Positions 19,901 through 26,781 of a stretch of DNA of 63,473 bases are shown piece after piece; position 1 is the first letter of the stretch, and every line of letters starts with the position of its first letter. The DNA is from a virus (taxonomy: Duplodnaviria; Caudoviricetes). Below the pieces are notes generated by a model. It did no database searches. It worked only from the letters and a program-made list of their open reading frames with translations, and was not told the DNA's origin. A program made the translations under genes and the position numbers. The DNA is taken from IMG/VR virus record IMGVR_UViG_3300049811_000819, positions 1 through 63,473 of that record; one strand, written 5' to 3'.

Positions 19901-21712
19901 GTTAAGAGTTAATTGCTGTTTTGACGGAAAGAAAAGACGAGAAGGTAAAGCAACATCAGCAGTTTTGTAAATATCTTCGGCTGCTTTTTTCTTTTTGGCA
20001 TCTTTGCTGTTTATATCGGGAATAAACGACTTTCCAAACATCGTGATCCCAACCTTATCGTAGTTGCCCATTGCAGCAACATATTTAAGCGGGCTTTTCG
20101 GATCGACTACGGAAGTTAAACCTGCATTTGGTGTGCCTATCCCTAATCCATATTTGACATTTTTTAGCATTTCCCTAAGAGCGGGTGACATCTTCATTAG
20201 TTGCTGTAGGATAGCGACTGCCTCCTCAACAACGTAGCCACCACCAGAACCCCCGACTAACGCAATCTCCTTGTCGGGGTTTCCCATTGCAACATTTAAC
20301 GCTTTTGCTGCTAACGTAATTGCGTCTTTGTCAAATCCCTCAAAATTAGTTTGAGCTACTCGATCAATTGGCTGAACTGTTTTAAAAGCTGTTAAAATTC
20401 CTTGATAATCCGCTTCAGACATGAACTTTTGCAAAAGTTCTTTATTTTTCTCGACAATTGGTAGCAATTGCTCTCGAATAAATTGACTTGGACTATTTTT
20501 TAGTTCTTCTAGGCTATTTGATAGGACGTTCGGAACGGCAAGGACGGCTGTTTCTGGAAAAACCCCTTGTACTTGAGCAGCAAGGTCGTAGGTACTTTTT
20601 ACCTGCGGCTGTCCAGGGCGGGATTCACTTGGTTGAACACCACCGGTTACTAAAGTAATAGATTTTCTAGATTTAATAAAATCCTGCTCTTTTTGCGAGA
20701 GTTGTAAGATTTTCGCTATTTCTTCGGCTGCTCTTGCTGATTCCGAGAGTTGTATTCGTTTGCGAATTCTTAACGGTTGTACTGCAACTCGTGCGGCCGC
20801 TCCCAGTGATCGCACGAGATTTTCCTCGGCCACCATTGCAATTTTCGGAAAAGCCTCTTTTAGTTTTTCCCCAATCGGGTAAGCGGGTTCTGGTTCTGTT
20901 GAATTTTTGGGACGTTTTTTGACGTTTGCACGACTAAACTGTTGCGCCTCAACGTAAAGGTCTTCTAATTTTCGATAAGTCTCTGGGTTAAAAAGTGTAT
21001 CAGTTATTGCTCTGTAATTGATACGAAGCAACTGTTTTGCCCCTTTTAGTCCCCTAGGGAAGCCCAGTAAATCCTTAAAAGCAGCGTCAAGAAGATTGTT
21101 AAACTGCTTAACATTGCGGCGAATAGTTTTACCTACTGCCTCGCCTTGATCCTCGAAGTCAATTCCGACTGTTCTATTAAGTCCTTTGCCCGCTTTTAGC
21201 CCGCTATAAAGCCCTGCCCCCGTAAAGAATCCCTCGACTGCATTGCCCACAGTGAGATTAAATGCCTTTTGAAAAATATTTCCGCGAGGGTTAGAGTTTC
21301 GGACGGTTACAGACAGTCGCTCGATCGCTTTTTCTACTTTGTCCTGATAGCCTGAAAAACGATGCTCGACTACAAGCCGAGACGGAACCTTTATATCGAC
21401 ACTGACGCGCTTTAATTCCCGCAATTCCCGATTAAGCCTAACAAGTTCCCGATCCTCGACATAGACACGAACGGGGTTGCGCCGGTAATGAGCAACGGTT
21501 TTGTCGAGGTCATCTCGTTTGAGCTTCAAGTGATCGTTCAGTTGGTACAACCGGCGATCATCTACTTCTACCCCGATTTTTACCGTCACCCCAGAGCGAG
21601 CGGCCATGCGCTGTAGGGAGACAAGTTGACCTTTTGCCCGTGCGATACCAATATCGTACTGGTTAGTATTTAAGCCCAGTCCAATTTCTAGCGTGCCTAG
21701 CGAAACAGTCAT
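7961..21712 (-). CDS. Giant multidomain tape measure protein (4583 aa)
   Basis: Follows the tail chaperones; TMP-type N-terminus (LGTLEIGLGLN); tape-measure domain near 12550-13140 (FRAINQMASRSVLSVEEFTQQL); coiled coils; C-terminal FSSGG/EYVL/YATGGFV motifs. Confidence 0.92.
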   Translation of the reverse strand: MTVSLGTLEIGLGLNTNQYDIGIARAKGQLVSLQRMAARSGVTVKIGVEVDDRRLYQLNDHLKLKRDDLDKTVAHYRRNPVRVYVEDRELVRLNRELRELKRVSVDIKVPSRLVVEHRFSGYQDKVEKAIERLSVTVRNSNPRGNIFQKAFNLTVGNAVEGFFTGAGLYSGLKAGKGLNRTVGIDFEDQGEAVGKTIRRNVKQFNNLLDAAFKDLLGFPRGLKGAKQLLRINYRAITDTLFNPETYRKLEDLYVEAQQFSRANVKKRPKNSTEPEPAYPIGEKLKEAFPKIAMVAEENLVRSLGAAARVAVQPLRIRKRIQLSESARAAEEIAKILQLSQKEQDFIKSRKSITLVTGGVQPSESRPGQPQVKSTYDLAAQVQGVFPETAVLAVPNVLSNSLEELKNSPSQFIREQLLPIVEKNKELLQKFMSEADYQGILTAFKTVQPIDRVAQTNFEGFDKDAITLAAKALNVAMGNPDKEIALVGGSGGGYVVEEAVAILQQLMKMSPALREMLKNVKYGLGIGTPNAGLTSVVDPKSPLKYVAAMGNYDKVGITMFGKSFIPDINSKDAKKKKAAEDIYKTADVALPSRLFFPSKQQLTLNRTGEDHKIGLYVSNLATSQKQFNKSLRESLKHLYAPIVKRITELKKYKEKLDQSVSGVDRSRLSVNDTKKLDELLALITSVDQEIAERTEFLKTIPVLGNPSKTSGGEQKELQSTISAYQNTLAEILTGASVPFSYLDPLLSNLEEIEKLVNSGTDTIDLKPSNFGSLLRFWMETRKNIFRTMGEEFETEWTNFINAIDTLAEAGYEKQFGAKPYHYVTEPDNAAPDSATYGEMFSRREDAPSNIRKNINPRFGDILYKLSQTTNQKGLPLVKDQSLPDLLKWVDKMPMNTEADKAAKKVVQALIEIRRKEAQIYQGFLRRVSELQKRIAGGDKGAQSEYLQLLKTSPFSRIGEMINAANKYVDTNASVPTFIGKNKVIKEIATMGESVENITDFFFNLSNAILGFEASLRTNTGLIESALENVSQSLTSESQNIKSIQYQPFDLINVNRALQKSQKILPENLDVLKAEKVGQGFTGAVYRLGNLAIKTPVTELNQGKLGTPKEFQAQLAMAKQGLAPRPITARKGEYFIQEYIKTVGSLNDILRKADLSTQENIKAFTNYVKRYARLLKNIHESGYAHFDLNTENVLISPENELKAIDFANATKLSKDQTTRQEQINRDVQGAKGRSTQGYDKKTTEIFQKAFDEGYADTSLMVNDPRFLRRRQQNTLNVGGDIVSPPTKSSRSGQLSKDSQNREVAIISIDRLEKAISEFAALLNKNQQIKPQEVSDVVNKQKDLTGKENLIEKTIHSATKQIVSSLSRIEKAILAKYASRLIDPWQNSTPNDPWAKSNAELMQSFVNAVNKASSQKLLPPAPEGFGISETDRGNTPLEKVLESIAIKTQAGLKSSLTTRLSTPDSSGEIQLLSGNESISDLLNQVLIREVKEASRILRNALKDTSLDIIKFGQTVFTVLKAIERPVMAIPGMGLGKKALQLGGTAAVGAAALHALPLGLDAAVINEMRTILSGAMSAGGQEMLQAVSMQMTQAFSGLPFGVGQQLTEAVMNLVTELTNGTISVLAQGGAVAGSSLMAGEGVKKLLGAATGSIPQRLGANDQKALQGRTDALIKTFKQSYQRLASSKLPNPIELAPFEPVKVPKDYVKTIKSGQYQQAKNLLTEALNMPDDTKSLAKIKEAYKSAVASAAEIKRFIEDPQLKGGKINQSLGGMLGHLIDEVKKLFDKAQIIDVEFTVVDLTDEGIKAAENLNEGLTKGLKDNKAGKIARKNAKNIIDGLNNELGNRSPSWKGEKAGRNLIKGVEIGIEKELASSDFQELAEEIVKAFEVGLFLGDIEKIIQSRFADPISGLKDLATEAKMVKWEGGDVVENTQKLLTKKLSKNPSVSLSEKPLSNKTSDFVREETIDDHKVRLYGHGLKDGRFMLSSLMVNNTFTPPVNPETRAKVREVLNRWMKELFAHVGNTPLVTLPTDARSKKLWERYGFKALPPEMGGLMERTSEAGGLKSTFLPEIGKKGIEAGKNLNEGLAKGLKDNKAEKIAYQNAIDIVNATNKGLGNQSPSRKGEKAGKNLIEGIGIGVERQESRLTTKVKELTTKVIKELQKGLSNPAVKGLMATLAIASSGMPVNAQQFIQTESFKGVTMNPATTGAEVVKQVDVDKKAFRDKQAIAYSSGPMFDRFFLQNKNQKVNMIADVVQRGQVLQLSRNRAAAEERGFIGINKQGNLKFGYGGAKSNRLSDYDTFIGGLHVLYNDEVQRPANYKGGYHSSVKQQLAYQVPRPRVFFGKTKEGNLTAMEGQKDMTPQQLEKYARSMGFTAVMLPDHGNMARLTVPSKSLSRILPQSLGGTGKSTPYQLRFFERPQIENKQAKLSKPPSVTTPTPVKKEKNLLASIVSDSIVDKELSISPQSITSKILPVKNVSKKVESAEKALTTDLLKFIGNYGLTVASLLSLLGITGKVASKLKKANQQQKPLSAIPVVENIPQPRQSKQSNNANPSRIIDAEFSVIEEKIKPKQAVKKQNLDQPEKEAIETEKQAKRISRRIENAINIIETTKSKVAKTLASEIQAMQKAASLVMQQRAEQARLAQQARNATDVMQQRAEQARLASGGGGGNQPPRRPRVASGFPDPNDGERMATNTEMSRGLKDSPQRYLEDLIKARAILQKRESLLNQTIKTSNPQKSTREEILGDWNQKRDNIFKTLDSFEEAGVSSGFTSSFVSGLKAAIAQADGFINFLSVGGKALRTLDKELDAATGGMFNLRKASLAVIGGLALFKTAEFLLQPLFFGIQNLPFQFQQAVSSSLLAFTELEQIKINLNVAGVSDVNASIDGLQDRANELGISFKESAKQYAQFRIVTMNSPLQAQSDNIYQGFQSALAVRQTSPQQQAETFRAINQMASRSVLSVEEFTQQLTESGGLYDALIVAARASGLTTAEFYRQASAGQLLTDDVIPRLSSEYERMSAGGLGAASKTLQAEINRYQNNVEQLSMGAGEKLGVVAYPALQLLNALLKGLSDNLSLVVTVGASAAISAIGLLGKAVLQFSAATRLGAMLVSSYNASLFAMGVTAGQTTTQMQTLTATAKVAGGVIKATLGAMIVPASTIFALTTFYDIFENGNAELKNSLETLKESRKVLEDLGKIKPDKNLWNNLFPDMNLSGTEKVLNVLTVGTVYTFKRNNAVRDRQENLKNIREGAGELETNLKGYQTVLSDTSGIDKFIDSLQGVRNQIALIRAERAVASGKGDSASIVRLNEQEQVLMKTEQEAIDKRFGSVGSRITADLQVAENALAQLDEEYRKSGNTLKNYASESARLKELIAGLKTEQQNYLNVLRDQEKQYKKLQYAFNRSLNAQDNRIFANARASLTRQIGNEKGFASGQLNEYEFNVKVREESLQTAKEKIASLQTTASETGAKLNTRITEAADKTLSTYFGDDLKKLGVGSFSEAIDKNLLSREAIERVMSENSDLESNAALKNILEMAQTYATTRQDILATEKEIQTINREIINERKRRQIAEKQSANEVLVAGQQEKLYNATPTSRLRSFQSAETQISLEELYKQLAVEQERLAANVDDPLPIRSNIARIKANIARTRLTLRDQQNDLAEFYATTAIEIEATNKQIKLTARTVSSQVKTFARDQTLIEISKLYKQLAFEQSKLVGTLKGDPLEIEANIARIQLQIEQAKLSLRSQTIDLEDYYTGLQRQVVDLRVSIEDYQIQSAREIRGFRESYGDMIRGLQRSLIEAENEFRTSQRTLENQRLRVSLISGRTPGMNSLQKQLDDLILQYQDEVASIQGEADSLRTRPLDIRDQSIQFARQLRNIQEQIYDAERNRLKQLRDFWNQQVQIARELSRQQLTFKSLNEVWAGILENSKKLLAKSGEIAGGKVPKIAPAIGEAPNNSESSEHYRQGTPNNPRTLQRGDYIDYGNGQIYKYDPSPSYDPKTMRYRSTVNADDIRHPSVVQQVETSGSEEFDRLLMRSGLYKNWEGFAQEVLNPNLQPLTPVERANYTTGNVERYSGVLTGQPQANIPLAPLPTFDYDRAQELNTQIRITREKALQNQQEENLLKLERARRENLDRIAGLIRQTQESRIQAEIGLRDTGDTSTDLMRSSKGYLTFSEKIEQARRNGSREIEKQRESIQSQIRSLEQLTSDFAKNSEETQARLFQDTGNDDAFKALKTENKRNTAILEGYKALDNQLATYGQIRGEAAAMRMIEDERVAALERYNNLLADGIDAGNRINPLGTLFSTGESQKLRIEADFARRRLELKRQAQEGALSPTQLSEMSDALDKMQQANLASAFIEANPAVGAFGDLLRAAFTGGRDTLQQMLNVLTSFLQKIGEMAANQLLMQIFGGSGGASSPVPFSNGGGGLLGGALSLFTGSLGGLGSSVAFTPFTSASGFSLGTGFSLFSSGGKIGADAPIEKNMISAFRRERSMSGGRNPRLIVANEDEYVLTPNETKAYLEYKNTPIKNYATGGFVGGTGYNITNSNSSSSDRSLAITNVSNITIESRNDMGYSLTQLKERENAQNERTKRRFFG

Positions 21713-21713
21713 T

Positions 21714-22166
21714 TTACTTGTCTCCTAACTTTATCAATTCGTCGTATAGTCCACAGTCCACAATTATTTGTAGGGCGTAAACAGGGACTTCCCCAGCTTT
21801 TAATGCCTCTACTAATATCTCGGCTGTTTCGAGATCAAAGAAATATTCTTTATCTTTTTCCAGTCGGTACGGCAGAAAATCCCCTGGCGTGAGATCATTT
21901 ATTTTTCCGCTGTCTTTGGCTTGGGCTTTCATGTAGGAGTGAACCATTGCGGCTATTTGTGAAACGGTTCCCGATAGCGAGTTTATTTCTTCTGCCTTGA
22001 CCCGTTGCACTCCTGACCATTTTTTGAGGATCATCCAGTCAGGCCATTCGTGCCACTCCTCGGCTGGTAGTCCCCAAGCAAACCACTGAAAATAGATTTT
22101 TTCCCAGTCGATTGGGTTATTTATTGCCTCTAGACGAGCGACAATTGCCTCATCTATTCGTTTTTT
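21714..22166 (-). CDS. Tail assembly chaperone, frameshifted extension (gpT-like)
   Basis: The -1 frame is open from the slippery site into ORF 21714..22034. Confidence 0.8.
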   Translation of the reverse strand, partial: KKRIDEAIVARLEAINNPIDWEKIYFQWFAWGLPAEEWHEWPDWMILKKWSGVQRVKAEEINSLSGTVSQIAAMVHSYMKAQAKDSGKINDLTPGDFLPYRLEKDKEYFFDLETAEILVEALKAGEVPVYALQIIVDCGLYDELIKLGDK

Positions 22167-22915
22167 TCGGCTTCCTCATCTTCGGGTTTTTCGGGTTCTT
22201 TTTCGGATGTTTTGGGCGGCTCTGTCCACTGACTAATATCGACATAGACATAATCGTTATACAGGCGAACTAGCATTGATGGATGTAAAGCCTCGATGTC
22301 TTCACGGGTAAATTCTGCGCTTGCTTTTTTTGTCCGGCGCGGGCTGTTCAAGAACAATCGAATCAATTCCCGATTGTAATTATCGAATGTGTCTATTCTT
22401 TCTTGATAAAGCTTATTTAGTTCATCAAGGTAAGGAGTGATTAAATCAGCCGTTTCTTTGCTGAATTCTCGCCGACGCTTACGAGAGTTTACAATAGATT
22501 CTTGAGCTATTTTTGCTGACTCTATTTTTTTCTCAACGCTTTCTAACTCAACGGTTTCCGCCGCATTGACGATTATTTCCTCGACTTTTTCCATCAGCGA
22601 GTTATCGCTAATCACAATCGACTCGATTTCCCCAACGGACAGCCCCGTTTTTTGGCTAACTGCCTTAAGCTGTTCAAGATAAGCCTTGTCAACTTTTTCC
22701 CGTTTTTCTGAGGCATCGGGGATAGCTTTATTTTCCGAGGGATGAATCCCGTATCGTTTGTAAAACTCGATTCCAATTTCTTCATCTTTTTCTGATGCGA
22801 TCAAATCGAGTTTTTCTAACAATTCTTGGTCGTCAATGTATTGAACCCATTCTTTCCGCAAGGGGAAAAAGAAGGTTTCGTTAGTTTTGAGTTTGCCTAT
22901 TATACTTAATGCCAT
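22154..22915 (-). CDS. Tail assembly chaperone (gpG-like)
   Basis: Lies between the major tail protein and the tape measure gene; ends in a slippery heptamer. Confidence 0.78.
   Translation of the reverse strand: MALSIIGKLKTNETFFFPLRKEWVQYIDDQELLEKLDLIASEKDEEIGIEFYKRYGIHPSENKAIPDASEKREKVDKAYLEQLKAVSQKTGLSVGEIESIVISDNSLMEKVEEIIVNAAETVELESVEKKIESAKIAQESIVNSRKRRREFSKETADLITPYLDELNKLYQERIDTFDNYNRELIRLFLNSPRRTKKASAEFTREDIEALHPSMLVRLYNDYVYVDISQWTEPPKTSEKEPEKPEDEEAEKNE
22160..22166 (-). other. Programmed -1 ribosomal frameshift site A AAA AAC
   Basis: GAA AAA AAC GAA TAG at the end of the chaperone gene; X XXY YYZ heptamer in the correct frame. Confidence 0.82.
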
Positions 22916-23156
22916 TTATTTTTGCTCGCTTATTTTTTTTGACACGGGGAAGATCGTCAAGCCACAAGGAATCTAGCTCTATCTCTATTTCATCCCGATT
23001 CCCCCTCGGATCGGGATCGGAGCGAAGGGTTTTATTTTTTTGCTTTATTTCTCGGTCAAACACGCCAACACAAAAATACAGGTATTCCCCAAGAATCTCG
23101 CAATTCACAAGGAATACCTCCTGTTCTGCGTCCACTAAGTGCTTGAGCTTCATCAC
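22881..23156 (-). CDS. Hypothetical tail-module protein
   Basis: Translationally coupled to the major tail gene. Confidence 0.6.
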   Translation of the reverse strand: MMKLKHLVDAEQEVFLVNCEILGEYLYFCVGVFDREIKQKNKTLRSDPDPRGNRDEIEIELDSLWLDDLPRVKKNKRAKINGIKYNRQTQN

Positions 23157-23896
23157 AGAGTAGCGTCAGCCTCATCTACATCGCTATCAAACGGAGATGA
23201 TGCCATTCCCTTGATATAACCTGCTTTACCGGTGATAGTAAGGTTAATCGTGTTTTGAATGTAGGCTGCTTTGTCGCCGTTTTCGCCGCGAGAAACGTAG
23301 CACTGGGCGTTACGACCGCCGCGCTGTCCAGTTTTCAATATCTCAAGAAATAAATTAGCACCGTTGTCTTCGGCTGCCTGAATAACGGCTAAAGAAGGAT
23401 CGCCGTACACTTCCGGACCAGAAACGGAGCCTGTATAGTTCACTGACTCGATGAACTTCTCCATTGCTAAATCGTCAGAGAATACTGAATCCGAGCCTTC
23501 GTTATTGCTTGCGTCAATGTTGTAAGTCTTAGCCGAAATAACCGGAATCCAAGCCCGAATAGTGCAGGTTTGCGGCGTAGGAGTAGCGAGCGTTACGGCA
23601 AACTTTGCAGGTTCGATCTCGATCGCTACCTGCGTTGTCGTTGTGGTTTTTTTGCGAACAACCACATAATTTCCCGTAGTGCCAATCTCGATCTTAGTTC
23701 CCTCGTAGAGGATGCGCCCAAAACCACCAGCCGCAACAGTAAGCTCGTCGTCGCCAAGAGCGATAGACGCACTAAGAGCGCGGGTTCTAGTTGGGGCAGT
23801 ATTCCCATAGGCAAATACTGCCGAAACAAAAACTTTTGTATTGCGCGCCGGGGTTAGATTATCTGGTGCGGCAAGGTCGGTATAATTAGCAACCAT
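23153..23896 (-). CDS. Major tail (tube) protein
   Basis: Position, size and beta-rich composition; ends INLTITG. Confidence 0.72.
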   Translation of the reverse strand: MVANYTDLAAPDNLTPARNTKVFVSAVFAYGNTAPTRTRALSASIALGDDELTVAAGGFGRILYEGTKIEIGTTGNYVVVRKKTTTTTQVAIEIEPAKFAVTLATPTPQTCTIRAWIPVISAKTYNIDASNNEGSDSVFSDDLAMEKFIESVNYTGSVSGPEVYGDPSLAVIQAAEDNGANLFLEILKTGQRGGRNAQCYVSRGENGDKAAYIQNTINLTITGKAGYIKGMASSPFDSDVDEADATL

Positions 23897-23929
23897 TTTA
23901 TTTTTTACTCAAAAGTTTCAAGTAATATT

Positions 23930-24376
23930 TTAACTCAAAAGTTTAGCACTGGAGACTTTAATAGTAGCTTTTGGGCGGATTATGCCTTCGGCTGTTTTGG
24001 TGTAGGGAGTCACACGGGGTGATTCGAGGACATTCCAGTAATCGCTCACTTGAATTCTGCCAACTACGGGAGTCAGGGAACGAGATAGATTGTACTGCTT
24101 TAAGACGATTGTGTAGTGTGCTATCTCAATATAGTTGCCGAGCAGGGGATCGTAACGGGGATCGGGTTCCCGTTGAATGATTGCCTCAATCCCGCTATTT
24201 ATTTTCATCCGATAGTTAGCAGGCAGTTCAGGAGGCTCTACCCATATAGCGGGAACTTCTTTTATTTTTTGTCCAGTTGGATTAGTTATTTCATATTTTC
24301 CTAGATCGGTATCTAAGATTATTTCTAGGTTATTTCTAAGGGACTGAAGTGTTTCCCGTAGTTCGAGTTCATTCAA
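23930..24376 (-). CDS. Putative tail terminator/completion protein
   Basis: Immediately upstream of the tail tube gene; PAIWV motif. Confidence 0.55.
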   Translation of the reverse strand: MNELELRETLQSLRNNLEIILDTDLGKYEITNPTGQKIKEVPAIWVEPPELPANYRMKINSGIEAIIQREPDPRYDPLLGNYIEIAHYTIVLKQYNLSRSLTPVVGRIQVSDYWNVLESPRVTPYTKTAEGIIRPKATIKVSSAKLLS

Positions 24377-24768
24377 CCTATTTTTCCTCTCATAATATCG
24401 GCGTAACTTTCAAGCAAATTATAGTCTTCGACTGCTGTATCAATAAATGGGCGCGCAGGAACATCAGTTATTTCCCCGTCAGCCCGTTCTATTTCATATC
24501 CTTCATGAACATATGGTGCGTGAGGGGCTGCATAGCCAACGACTTTGTAAGTATCAGAAACGTCATTAACAAACTGGCTATTTTTTAACTCTTTAGTATC
24601 TACTATGTCACGGGGAGAGCCGACGATCATGCCGTTTTGTCGTCTCGTTTCCCGTGGCCACTGCCATTTAGGGTCTCGAATCTGGTAAGTTATTTCTTGA
24701 GCTAATTCGCTTACTACTTCCTCGAATCCCTCGATAACTAATTCCTTTCCGAGATTCCAGTTAATCAT
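24373..24768 (-). CDS. HK97 gp10-like tail completion protein
   Basis: VDTKELKNS, YAAPHAPYVHEG, PARPFI. Confidence 0.8.
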   Translation of the reverse strand: MINWNLGKELVIEGFEEVVSELAQEITYQIRDPKWQWPRETRRQNGMIVGSPRDIVDTKELKNSQFVNDVSDTYKVVGYAAPHAPYVHEGYEIERADGEITDVPARPFIDTAVEDYNLLESYADIMRGKIG

Positions 24769-25199
24769 TGTTTTATTTTATTTCTATCTTGCATTTTTTT
24801 ATTTCTATCTTGCATTTTTTTAGTATGCCGCGGAAACGAAGGGGTATCGGTTTTTTCCGAGAACATATTTTTATTTTTCCCTATGTAGTGCTTATTTTTC
24901 TGCATTACTCTAAGCACATTACGAGCCGAAGAATACCCGAACACTTCAGCAAGAATATGTAAATCACAATCGACTATATAATAATAATCAATCAGAAACA
25001 GTGCTACATTGAAAGCGTGCGGGTTGTTGTTTCTTTCTCGGTTAAACACTTTGAAAGTTATTTTTTCTGCTTGTGGCTGTAGCTGCTCTACAAGGTCACG
25101 GTATTTTATTTTTAGCTCATCTGCTATTTCAACAAACGACAAATAATTATTTTCGTGATACCTGTTAATTATTTCTTGAATTGTCTTTTTGTCTAACAT
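24765..25199 (-). CDS. Double-HTH DNA-binding protein
   Basis: LSFVEIADELKI and LHILAEVFGYSSARNV HTH-like segments; 21-bp duplication (KKMQDRN x2) at the 3' end. Confidence 0.55.
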   Translation of the reverse strand: MLDKKTIQEIINRYHENNYLSFVEIADELKIKYRDLVEQLQPQAEKITFKVFNRERNNNPHAFNVALFLIDYYYIVDCDLHILAEVFGYSSARNVLRVMQKNKHYIGKNKNMFSEKTDTPSFPRHTKKMQDRNKKMQDRNKIKQ

Positions 25200-25264
25200 G
25201 ATAAAAAGTCGCAAACTAATTGCGACTTAAAACTGTTATTTTATTTTACTCTCTTTTTTCTTTC

Positions 25265-26425
25265 TTACCAAGCACGGACAGCTTGGATCACATTCGAGGT
25301 TTTCAATTTCTCTCGTTTTGCCTTTTCATGAGCAAAACTAGAGATACTATTCAGGAAAGCTTGTGTGCTAGATTGTGTTTGCCCATTCCACAGGCTATTT
25401 ATGGAACGGTTGAGGTTTTTGCTTTCCTCTAAGCGGTTGTGACAGTAATACTCTGTCACACAGTTTAGTAATCCCCATGCTGTCTCACGGGAAGAAACAA
25501 GGTTGCTACCGATAAATGCACCACGGGTGTACATGGCGTGTACGGTTCGGAGTATCTCACTCTCATCGGTTAAATCAATAGAGTTAATGAGATTCTCTAG
25601 CTGAACAACGCTTATTTTTTCCTGCTCGATCCGCCGTAGCAGATCAGTGGCTAGTTGTTTATTTTCTTGACGGATGCCGTACTTTTGTACGAGCAAGACA
25701 AGGGATTCTGCGCCGGTGATCGTAGTTTGAGCCAGTAGGTTTACCCGTTGCTTGTAAGCCTGCCACCCATCACGAGCGGCTACGAGACAAGCCTGAATAT
25801 TTAGCGTGGCATTTGAGTTATGCCCGATAATTTGCACTCTATCCCTTACCTTCTGTAACATTCCGTTACTGCATACAACGCGGAAAGCCACGTTACTGAC
25901 ACTGTGGCCAGCCCCGTAGTAAAACGGGTGCTGAATTAACAGCTTACCAGAGTTAGGGTCATCGCCGCAGATCGAGAACCCTGATCCTGTAAGATCGGCG
26001 ACCATGAATAATCTTAACTCTAACTCACCTGATCGGTTGATAGTTTCGAGTTTGCCTATTTTTTCTAAGGGGAGGCTATTTTCCGAGCAAAACTCTCGGA
26101 AACTATTCACATAACTTGAAAACGGCACGAGACTATCCGCCCATTCTTTGCTAACCGTTCCCATATCCCGCCCATCGGGATCAGAGAGGGCGATTTTATT
26201 TGGGTTGCTACGTTCATAAAACATTCCGTAACGATACTCGCTTTTTTGGATTTGCCAATCGAGGCCGATACCTTGTAAAGCTTCGCTAGGGGTCATATCG
26301 GGATCGAGGTCGATCCCTAACCCGTAGGAGGGATCTAATCTTCCATAAACGATTTTGGCTTTTTCTTGGATTTTTCCGTTAAGATTCCACCCAGCGTTAC
26401 TGGGATCGGTGATGGTTAAACTCAT
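25265..26425 (-). CDS. DUF932 family protein
   Basis: GLDWQI, FRVVCSNG, TAWGLLNCVTEY; likely start is ATG 26425. Confidence 0.85.
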   Translation of the reverse strand: MSLTITDPSNAGWNLNGKIQEKAKIVYGRLDPSYGLGIDLDPDMTPSEALQGIGLDWQIQKSEYRYGMFYERSNPNKIALSDPDGRDMGTVSKEWADSLVPFSSYVNSFREFCSENSLPLEKIGKLETINRSGELELRLFMVADLTGSGFSICGDDPNSGKLLIQHPFYYGAGHSVSNVAFRVVCSNGMLQKVRDRVQIIGHNSNATLNIQACLVAARDGWQAYKQRVNLLAQTTITGAESLVLLVQKYGIRQENKQLATDLLRRIEQEKISVVQLENLINSIDLTDESEILRTVHAMYTRGAFIGSNLVSSRETAWGLLNCVTEYYCHNRLEESKNLNRSINSLWNGQTQSSTQAFLNSISSFAHEKAKREKLKTSNVIQAVRAW

Positions 26426-26468
26426 TTTTTTTCCTTGTAAATGTTTCTTGTTGCCTTGTTCAGGCAAA

Positions 26469-26517
26469 CTGATCGAGGGAATCGAACCCTCTAGGAGCCT
26501 ACCGATTAGGCGATCAG
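26469..26517 (-). ncRNA. tRNA-like three-way-junction element with a T-arm and no anticodon arm
   Basis: CTGATC-GCCTA(ATCGG)TAGGC-TCCTA-GAGGG(TTCGATT)CCCTC-GATCAG; all three stems pair perfectly. Confidence 0.65.
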
Positions 26518-26524
26518 AAAGGAA

Positions 26525-26746
26525 TTAGGTTTTATTGTAGGAGACGTACCAACCGTCTCCATCCATGTGGTTGTGCGCGATAGCGACTTTTTCACCGTTG
26601 CTGTTATACACAAAGGCTTTGTAGCCATCTGACGGCGAGCCTTTTATCTCCCTCAAAAAAAATTCTTCATTATTTGCAGATTCGGGAAAATCCCAAGCTT
26701 TTGCGATTGCAATGGGTTTGTTGTTATCGGGATGGGAAATAATCAT
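26525..26746 (-). CDS. Hypothetical protein
   Basis: First gene after promoter copy 2; AAGGA SD. Confidence 0.65.
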   Translation of the reverse strand: MIISHPDNNKPIAIAKAWDFPESANNEEFFLREIKGSPSDGYKAFVYNSNGEKVAIAHNHMDGDGWYVSYNKT

Positions 26747-26781
26747 TTTGTTTGTTTCCTTTGTTTTCTCTCGATGTAATC

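Noticed and set aside
8235-20922. Many short ORFs antisense to or nested in the TMP and other long genes
   Set aside because: Shadow ORFs without evident SD sequences or motifs.
26469-26517. A true tRNA gene
   Set aside because: Only 49 nt, with no anticodon arm and no CCA; reported as a tRNA-like element instead.
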